This document shows positions 57,639-64,000 of a DNA stretch of 64,000 bases, piece by piece; position 1 is the first letter of the stretch; each line of letters opens with the position of its first letter. This stretch comes from Alphaproteobacteria bacterium. GTDB lineage: Bacteria > Pseudomonadota > Alphaproteobacteria > UBA9219 > RGZA01. The DNA lies in assembly GCA_033762625.1 (NCBI GenBank), contig JANRLI010000007.1:151541-215540 (forward strand), in the 5' to 3' direction. Made by a program: the position numbers and the translations under genes. The notes under the pieces are model-generated. The model did not search any database and was not told where the DNA came from. It saw only the letters and a program-made list of their open reading frames with translations.

Positions 57639-60600
57639 GTGCTGCCGCCTTTGCCCTCCTCAGGCAGTACGATGAGAAAGGCAACCACTTCAAAATCATT
57701 GATGCCTGCAAATTCGCCCTTCATGGCGTGTGTGCCGCCTGGCGCGAACAGGCTCGCTGCAGCGCGCTCCTCCTTCTTGCCGACAATGGAGGCAACTGCA
57801 CGCGCCAGCAGTTTTTGGTACGACGACATATCCGCACCTTGCTTTGTAGAGCGATCGAGGCGGGCCCATGCCTTGGCGTCCGGTTCCGTGCGATCAAGCG
57901 CCAGTCGCTTTAGGCGATCGAGCACCTGCTTGACCTGTGTGTAGGGCAGCAGGACGTCACCGCCGTCGCCGATATGGACGAGGTAGTGCGGTGCCAACGG
58001 GTAACCTGGCTCGATGCCTTGCAAGGCAGTCTCACTTGCCGCGCGAAGGCAGAAGATGACACCGGATGAGATTGCGCTGTCTCCGATTTGCGGAGCTGTC
58101 ACTACGGCAGACAAGCCGAGTGGCATTGCATCAAGTTCGGCGCGGCGACTCTTGATCTGACCTGCGAGATCGATGCGGAAATCGTTGAGCGTTAGATCGG
58201 CGATGGAAACGCCACTTGACAGATCCTCAAGGTCAATGACGGTGTCTTGGAGCTTCTGCAGCTGGTTACGGCGATATTCGAGGTCATTCATCTGATTACC
58301 AGACTGGTGCTCGATGACGTTTTCCTCTCCGGTTGCTGAAACGTCGAGCAGGACCATGCGTCCACTGACGCGCTGTTCGAGATTGATGTATTCGTCTAGC
58401 TCCATGTTGGGCCAAAAATTGACCAGCTGAACGGACGTGTTCGGCGAGCCGATGCGATCAATGCGCCCGAAACGCTGGATGATGCGAACCGGATTCCAGT
58501 GAATGTCATAGTTGATGAGAAAGTCGCAATCCTGGAGGTTCTGGCCTTCAGAGATGCAATCAGTGCCGATCAGAAGGTCAATCTCGCCTTCCTTAGCAAG
58601 CTCGGCAGGACGCTCCTTTGAGCGTGGCGAGAATGCGGCAAGGATGCTGCCAAGGTCGGCTCTCACAGACTTAAGAGTGGTGCGGTTTGGCCCCGCCCCT
58701 GTGACGAGCGCAGCATCGACGCGATGCTCCTTCGCAGCCCACGGAGCGAGCTCTTTGTAAAGATACTCAGCCGTATCGGCGAAAGCCGTAAAGATCAAAA
58801 TCTTGCGATTTTTGTCATTGAGTGGGTTAGCCATCTTGCGCGTGATGATATCGCGCAGATCGGCCAGTTTGGCATCCCGGCTCGGGATGACTTGGAGAGC
58901 TGCTTTGAGCAGTGCCGATAGCCGCTTCCGATCTTCATCGAGATCTTGGCGCCATCGCACGCGGTCAACATCGTGCAGCAGAACCTTCACTTTCCGTCCG
59001 ACCAGAAGAGACTCGAATGCAGCATCATCGACGTCGATATCGTCGATCGATACCTCCTCAACATCGTCGTCGTGGGCATCTATCCGGGCGATCACATGCT
59101 CCACATCCTTAAGCTGACGTTGGATTGTCAATGCGAATGAAGCGACGGAGCTTTCCATGCGCTTCAAGATGTTGACGCGCAGCAGGTGAACGAGGCTTTC
59201 CTCGCGGTCAACCTGCCGAAAAATGCTTTCGCCGCCACGGATCTTGGTACTGTATTTCTCATCGTAGGCGGCTTGCTTGTGGCGAAGCACGTAGCGCAGC
59301 GGGGCGTAGGCGGCGAGCGTCAATCGGCGGATTTCGTTGTTGATCTCGCGGATCGGCCGAAACTCAGCGGCGAGGTCCACGTCGGACTTAATGTTTAGCG
59401 GCTTGCGGCGCTCCGGGAAGCGGCCAGTTTCAGTGATCCCGTAGTATTTCTCGATGTGTTTGCGCGAACGCGCGATGGTCAGCAGATCAAGCAACTTGAA
59501 GTAGTCGAAGCCCAGCATCTCAATGAGGCGGGAGGGACGTCGATCCTCCTCAGCAAGGTCTGACCAGCGGTTGAACTGCGATTGGGCCTGACGAACCGTT
59601 GCTTCGATACTCGGAATGTTGTGGGTGGCTAGTGCCGTGTCATTTCCCTCGGTCGCGAACGCGATCTGGTTCTTGAGATCTGCGAGCCGATTGTTCACCG
59701 GCGTTGCCGATAGCATCAGCACCTTAGTCTTCACGCCAGCGCGGATAAGCCGGTTCATGAGACGGTCATACCGGGTCTCGCGTTCCTTGTGTGGCGCCTT
59801 GTTCCGGAAGTTATGAGACTCGTCTATGACGAGCAGATCGTAGTTTCCCCAGTTAACGTGGCTGAGGTCGATGTCACCTGATAGGCCACCATCGCGTGAT
59901 AGATCGGTGTGGTTGAGCACGTCGTAGTTTAAGCGGTCAGGGGCCAGCACGTTGCGGCGATCGTTGGCCTTATAAAGCGTCCAGTTGTCTCGGAGACGTT
60001 TGGGGCAGAGCACCAGCACGCGGTCATTGCGTAGTTCGTGATACTTGATGACCGCAAGAGCCTCGAACGTCTTTCCGAGACCAACACTGTCGGCGATGAT
60101 GCAGCCACCAAATCGCTGCAACTTATCGATCGCGCCAATCACTCCGTCTCGCTGAAACTTGAACAGTTTGTTCCAAACCACAGTGTCGCGAATGCCGGTT
60201 GCCGAACGGACAATGCGATCCTCGTCCAGTTCCTCACTCATGTCTTTGAAGATCTGGTAGAGTATATGGAAGTAGGCGCCAGCCGGCGCGTGTTCTGTTG
60301 CAAGCGAGGCAACGCGATCTACGAACGCTTGCTGAGAGTCAGGGTCATCTTTGAGTTGTGACCATTGAGATTCAAACCATTGCACGAGCGGCGCGGCATC
60401 CTGCTCATCCTCAGCTATTTGGATAAAGCCGATTTGGTTGCTGGGAGTGAGCCCGATACCGTCAGTTGTCAAAGCGCAGGTGCCGACATACGCGCGCTGC
60501 GCCTCTGACTGCGTGGCAATCATCAACGCTTGTGGGATCGCCGAAGTCGTAGAGCGAACGGCTATGGCCGAGCACCAACGAGCCGCTGTGCGCGCGATCC

Positions 60601-60841
60601 AGCGTGTTCGCAGTCGATTGCGAAACACGCGGTCAGCGTCTGATCCAAGAAGCGACTGCGCCGCATTCGAACTTCCAATAATCAACCTGCAACGTTCAGC
60701 GGTGGCCAGAGCCTCTTGAACCTCCTCGAAAGCAAAAAGGGAAAACTCCGGTGAACAGATATCCAGAGCTGTACCGGGTTTCACGAAGCCTCGAAGTTCG
60801 TCGACAAGGCGCTCGCTGCCCGAATTACGCAGAAGCTTCAT
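57635..60841 (-). CDS. SNF2-family helicase with a ~230-aa N-terminal domain of unknown function
   Basis: DExH box LLVIDESHNFRN and motif I ADSVGLGKT. C-terminal motifs V/VI LIGTDCISEGQNLQ and QRFGRIDRIGS. 1068 aa. The N-terminal domain may be a degenerate PLD-like nuclease fold. Confidence 0.8.
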   Translation of the reverse strand: MKLLRNSGSERLVDELRGFVKPGTALDICSPEFSLFAFEEVQEALATAERCRLIIGSSNAAQSLLGSDADRVFRNRLRTRWIARTAARWCSAIAVRSTTSAIPQALMIATQSEAQRAYVGTCALTTDGIGLTPSNQIGFIQIAEDEQDAAPLVQWFESQWSQLKDDPDSQQAFVDRVASLATEHAPAGAYFHILYQIFKDMSEELDEDRIVRSATGIRDTVVWNKLFKFQRDGVIGAIDKLQRFGGCIIADSVGLGKTFEALAVIKYHELRNDRVLVLCPKRLRDNWTLYKANDRRNVLAPDRLNYDVLNHTDLSRDGGLSGDIDLSHVNWGNYDLLVIDESHNFRNKAPHKERETRYDRLMNRLIRAGVKTKVLMLSATPVNNRLADLKNQIAFATEGNDTALATHNIPSIEATVRQAQSQFNRWSDLAEEDRRPSRLIEMLGFDYFKLLDLLTIARSRKHIEKYYGITETGRFPERRKPLNIKSDVDLAAEFRPIREINNEIRRLTLAAYAPLRYVLRHKQAAYDEKYSTKIRGGESIFRQVDREESLVHLLRVNILKRMESSVASFALTIQRQLKDVEHVIARIDAHDDDVEEVSIDDIDVDDAAFESLLVGRKVKVLLHDVDRVRWRQDLDEDRKRLSALLKAALQVIPSRDAKLADLRDIITRKMANPLNDKNRKILIFTAFADTAEYLYKELAPWAAKEHRVDAALVTGAGPNRTTLKSVRADLGSILAAFSPRSKERPAELAKEGEIDLLIGTDCISEGQNLQDCDFLINYDIHWNPVRIIQRFGRIDRIGSPNTSVQLVNFWPNMELDEYINLEQRVSGRMVLLDVSATGEENVIEHQSGNQMNDLEYRRNQLQKLQDTVIDLEDLSSGVSIADLTLNDFRIDLAGQIKSRRAELDAMPLGLSAVVTAPQIGDSAISSGVIFCLRAASETALQGIEPGYPLAPHYLVHIGDGGDVLLPYTQVKQVLDRLKRLALDRTEPDAKAWARLDRSTKQGADMSSYQKLLARAVASIVGKKEERAAASLFAPGGTHAMKGEFAGINDFEVVAFLIVLPEEGKGGST

Positions 60842-63069
60842 GGCGTCTCTCTGCGTTGCTGATGAGTGGTCTCAGTTCGATCCGAGGTATCGTCTACTTC
60901 ATCCCCAAGTCTCGCCAACAGTTCCTTCAGACTAACTCCATCAGCCTTCCAGACACGCCAACCGTTCTCCGATTTCCTAATCTGGCCTACACTGGCGTAG
61001 CACCGGACGGCTGCATCGCTAGGCGAGAAGATGCCATCAGCGATTTTGATGCCGCTCCCGGTGATTTGACCGGTGAAGCGGTGATCCTTGTATGAGAGTT
61101 GAAGTGCATCACCGCCTTTGAGGCTGCCAGATGCGATGAGGCGCTGTAGACGTTCTGTGAAGTGCGGTGTCGAAGTTGGTTCGGTCGCCGTCCTTTTGCG
61201 AGTGTCCGCCGGGCGCGGCCAGAGCGTGAGGCCACGTTCAAACAATTCATTGCCACGAGAGATGATGTCGGCTTCTGACCAACGCTTGTGTTCGCCACTG
61301 CGCAGCCAGGCATTGAGGCGCAGATCACTGTCTGTAACGATAGCTTTGCTTTTGCCTGCGAACGCGCCATTGCTGACCGAAGTGTTCAGCGCCTGTGTGA
61401 GCAATGTGAGGTTGCCAATCGTGTGTAATATGCGGCTACGGCAACGCTCGTGCGTTTCATCGTCACGGATTGGCATGCTATCAGCGTAGGGGTAGTCACT
61501 CAGCACATATTTCTGCGGCAACAAGTGCTCGATCGAAAGCTTTGTGGGAATCTGAAGCGCTTCGTTGCGCGTTGTGCGACTGACTTCTTCAATGGCTCTT
61601 AGCACCATGGCAGCACGCTCGGTGCGCGTCTTCATATAGATAGGTTCTGAAAGCCACGCTTTGCGGAACTCATCGTCAGACGGCCAAATCGCCGTCTTCT
61701 CCTCGGAGCGCAGCAGCTCATCGCGGATCGCATCGGCGATCGATGCGTGATCGCTTGCCGCCTTCTTCGCCTTGCTGAGAAGACCGAGGAAGAACTTGTT
61801 GTAGTTCTTGGTGGTTAGACCGCAAATCAATCGGCGCACAAGGAAGGATTCGAGATCTACGATGGCGCGTTCGAGCTGATCGGTCGGAAGCACGTCTTTG
61901 GGTTGCGCCATCAGGAAGAGGAGCAGGGGATAGACCGTGCTGGTGTCCAATGCTTTTAGGCGGCGCGCGAACACCGCGAGACGATCATTCCCTTCTGGTG
62001 CGATCAGCTGTTGGAACCGTGCGCTCTGCGTCTTGAGATCGGCGAGCAACTTTTCGACGTTGCCATCACCCTTCTCATGCCATTCGCGGAATTCTTTGAA
62101 GAGCTGGCCGATGTTCAGTTCACGCTCGGTGTGGAGCGTGAGGTAGTGGAAGAGGAAGAGATCGATGCGCGGGCGGGTGAGGCGGCCTTGTCGCTCCAGC
62201 ATGTGCCAGAAGCGATCTTCGCCTGTGTCGTCGGGCAGGTCCTCGCGCAGATCGTCGAAAGCCTTCCAGTAGTTCTCATAAAGTTTGTCGCTCGACTTGT
62301 CGGCCTTGGCCGTTGCCTTCAGGAACACGTAGTTGCGCACGAGATCGGATGGCAGCAGAGGCTGACCACGCGCATTCAGTGTCTCGAAGATCACCTGCGG
62401 ATCATCGCCCTGTTCAAGCTCGATCACCACGAACAGCAAAGAGGTGCGCATCGCCTGAGCGATCGCATGAATACGATCGGCCTTCTCGTCAGCCGTCTTT
62501 CCTTCATCGGCGAACTGCCGGATCACATCGGCAAAATAGAGGTACGCTTCCGCCATGCGCGGCAACGCTTGCTCCGCCGGCGAACCCTCACGCGCATAAA
62601 GTGCTTTGACCGCAGCTGGGCCGCCAGCACGCATCACGGCGCGAAACACATCTCGGTCGGCGTTGGTCGGCCAGACCTTCAGCTCTTCATCTGAACCTTC
62701 ACGATCGGGATTGACTGACCAGCGCGCCGCCTGCTTCTGGACGCGTTGATCGATTTCGGTCGCGCAATCGCGCAGCGCGGCGATGAACAGTTGGAGGGTC
62801 GTTAGGCGCTGCTGACCGTCGATGACATCTGCCTTCGCGATAGCACGGCCCTGAACCTGATTGATGCTCCACACTGCGGCGCCGAGGAAGTGCGAGCCAA
62901 GCTTTCCGGTGCTGTCCTGTAGCGCACGTTCGGCCTGCTTGCGGATGTCGTCCCAGAGAGGCTCCCATTGGTCGTCTTGGTTCCAGACATAGGCGCGCTG
63001 ATAGAGCGGGATGTCGTAGCGGCGCTCCTTCTCGAAGACGTCGTGGATCGTGAATTTGTGTGGCTGCAT
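60838..63069 (-). CDS. GmrSD-like nuclease (N-terminal DUF262 plus C-terminal DUF1524 His-Me finger)
   Basis: IPLYQRAYVW and DGQQRLTT (DUF262 DGQQR motif). C-terminal IEHLLPQ...HTIGNLTLLTQALNTSVSNGAF is an HNH-like block. The probable start is ATG 63069 (MQPHKFTIHDV) with a GGGGGGA ribosome-binding site. The ORF-table start is 63168. Confidence 0.75.
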   Translation of the reverse strand: MQPHKFTIHDVFEKERRYDIPLYQRAYVWNQDDQWEPLWDDIRKQAERALQDSTGKLGSHFLGAAVWSINQVQGRAIAKADVIDGQQRLTTLQLFIAALRDCATEIDQRVQKQAARWSVNPDREGSDEELKVWPTNADRDVFRAVMRAGGPAAVKALYAREGSPAEQALPRMAEAYLYFADVIRQFADEGKTADEKADRIHAIAQAMRTSLLFVVIELEQGDDPQVIFETLNARGQPLLPSDLVRNYVFLKATAKADKSSDKLYENYWKAFDDLREDLPDDTGEDRFWHMLERQGRLTRPRIDLFLFHYLTLHTERELNIGQLFKEFREWHEKGDGNVEKLLADLKTQSARFQQLIAPEGNDRLAVFARRLKALDTSTVYPLLLFLMAQPKDVLPTDQLERAIVDLESFLVRRLICGLTTKNYNKFFLGLLSKAKKAASDHASIADAIRDELLRSEEKTAIWPSDDEFRKAWLSEPIYMKTRTERAAMVLRAIEEVSRTTRNEALQIPTKLSIEHLLPQKYVLSDYPYADSMPIRDDETHERCRSRILHTIGNLTLLTQALNTSVSNGAFAGKSKAIVTDSDLRLNAWLRSGEHKRWSEADIISRGNELFERGLTLWPRPADTRKRTATEPTSTPHFTERLQRLIASGSLKGGDALQLSYKDHRFTGQITGSGIKIADGIFSPSDAAVRCYASVGQIRKSENGWRVWKADGVSLKELLARLGDEVDDTSDRTETTHQQRRETP

Positions 63070-63580
63070 GGCCGTCCCCCCCAGGTACCTTCCAGCATAA
63101 AGAACAGGGCGATAAACACAACGAGAGGCTGCATACTTCTTTGTTGAGAATGGGCGAGTTTTCCACATTTATTCAACGACTTGAAAGAAGGTGGGCGCGT
63201 CCGCCAGCAGTAGCGGCGGACCGGGCTCTCGTGAACCGAGCCGCCTGAAGGCGAAGTGCGGGCGTCTCGGCCATCCGGCATCGATCCCTCGCGCGTGTCG
63301 TTCAATGTGATGCCGGCAGTCCACTTGTCTCAGCATCGGTGACACTCAGCGATCGCCGCGTGATCCATAGATCGCGATGTCAGGTTCGCTGCCTGGTTGG
63401 TATTGGGCCCGCTCGGCTCACGTGGCGCGCTTTAGCGCCGCGTCGACCGCGCGCAAGGCATAAAGCCTCCTTCACTTCGTTGCGGCCCCTAAAGGGGTGC
63501 GCGCGGTCTCATGCCGCGTCGCTCCGGAAAGCGCGTTGAGCCGAGCATTGGGCCCGGCTCCGCACTTGAAGGAGCTCACC

Positions 63581-64000
63581 ATGACACGTCCATCTCATCC
63601 AGATCTGCATCAACAGGTCACCGACACCATCATCCGTGCGGTCGAGCAGGGCGGCACCACCGTCACGCTGCCCTGGCATCGCTCTGGACTGCCTGCAATG
63701 CTGCCGCACAATGCGCACTCGAAAGCGGCTTACAACGGCATCAACATCGTCGCACTGTGGTCCGCAGCCATGCTGCGCGGTTATCCGCATGCGATCTGGG
63801 CTACCTATCGCCAATGGGCCGAGCTGGGCGCGCAGGTGCGCAAAGGCGAGAAGGCCTCGACTGTCATTTTCTACAAGGAGCTCGACGTCGATGTGCCTGA
63901 CGACGCTTCTGGCGATGACGGCAAACGTCGCGTTGCCCGCGCGTCATCCGTGTTCAATGCTGCGCAGGTCGATGGCTTCACTGCGGCTGAACTGCCGGAG
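63581..64000 (+). CDS. ardC: ArdC-like (DUF1738) antirestriction/ssDNA-binding protein N-terminal domain; 3'-truncated by the window edge
   Basis: My own translation from ATG 63581 is open to 64000. MTRPSHPDLHQQVTDTIIRAVEQGG...PWHR...PHNAHSKAAYNGINIVALW...WATYRQWAELGAQVRKGEKASTVIFY matches the conserved ArdC N-terminus. It sits in a very GC-rich stretch. Confidence 0.65.
   Translation, partial: MTRPSHPDLHQQVTDTIIRAVEQGGTTVTLPWHRSGLPAMLPHNAHSKAAYNGINIVALWSAAMLRGYPHAIWATYRQWAELGAQVRKGEKASTVIFYKELDVDVPDDASGDDGKRRVARASSVFNAAQVDGFTAAELPE

Noticed and set aside
63511-63900. ORF-table CDS 63511..63900 (Pro/Arg/His-rich 129 aa)
   Set aside because: It is a GC-rich wrong-frame artefact. The real coding frame is the ArdC-like ORF starting at ATG 63581, which stays open to the window end and matches a conserved family.

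Overview
This window looks like an alphaproteobacterial chromosome segment, about 49 kb of core genes followed by a large acquired island.

Support for the alphaproteobacterial call: PutA, an NDUFS4-like complex I protein, DUF1013 and TIGR02300-family proteins, and the rplI-rpsR-rpsF and cmk-rpsA gene clusters, at moderate GC.

Core genes in 1-48.9 kb: gyrA (3' part), coaD, corA, an msbA-like ABC exporter, putA, hisI, rpsF-rpsR-rplI, ppa, rpsA, cmk, aroA, leuA, purK, purE and qor. Four tRNAs are present: Lys-TTT, Pro-TGG, Arg-TCT and an initiator-like Met-CAT.

Small accessory insertions sit among these core genes. They include a dinJ-yafQ toxin-antitoxin pair with an FAD oxidoreductase and a DUF2628 protein between cmk and aroA. 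An AT-rich TauD/DadA-like cassette lies between leuA and purK. There is also a locus of secreted or low-complexity proteins at 21.5-24.6 kb.

The most interesting region is a visibly GC-richer island that starts immediately downstream of tRNA-Met, from 49.1 kb to the window end. It carries six tightly packed genes on the minus strand that look like one operon. In transcription order they are:
- a GmrSD-like DUF262/DUF1524 nuclease
- a large SNF2-family helicase with a non-helicase N-terminal domain
- a 256-aa DUF4391-like protein
- a type III Mod adenine methyltransferase
- a type III Res helicase-nuclease
- a protein fusing an N-terminal PHP phosphoesterase to an SbcC/Rad50-like ATPase.

This reads as a composite, multi-nuclease restriction/defence system whose combination I cannot assign to a named system. 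It is followed by a still GC-richer stretch encoding an ArdC-like antirestriction protein, which suggests the island is cargo of an integrative conjugative element at tRNA-Met.

Both tRNA-Lys and tRNA-Met carry nearby partial self-duplications that look like attachment-site scars.
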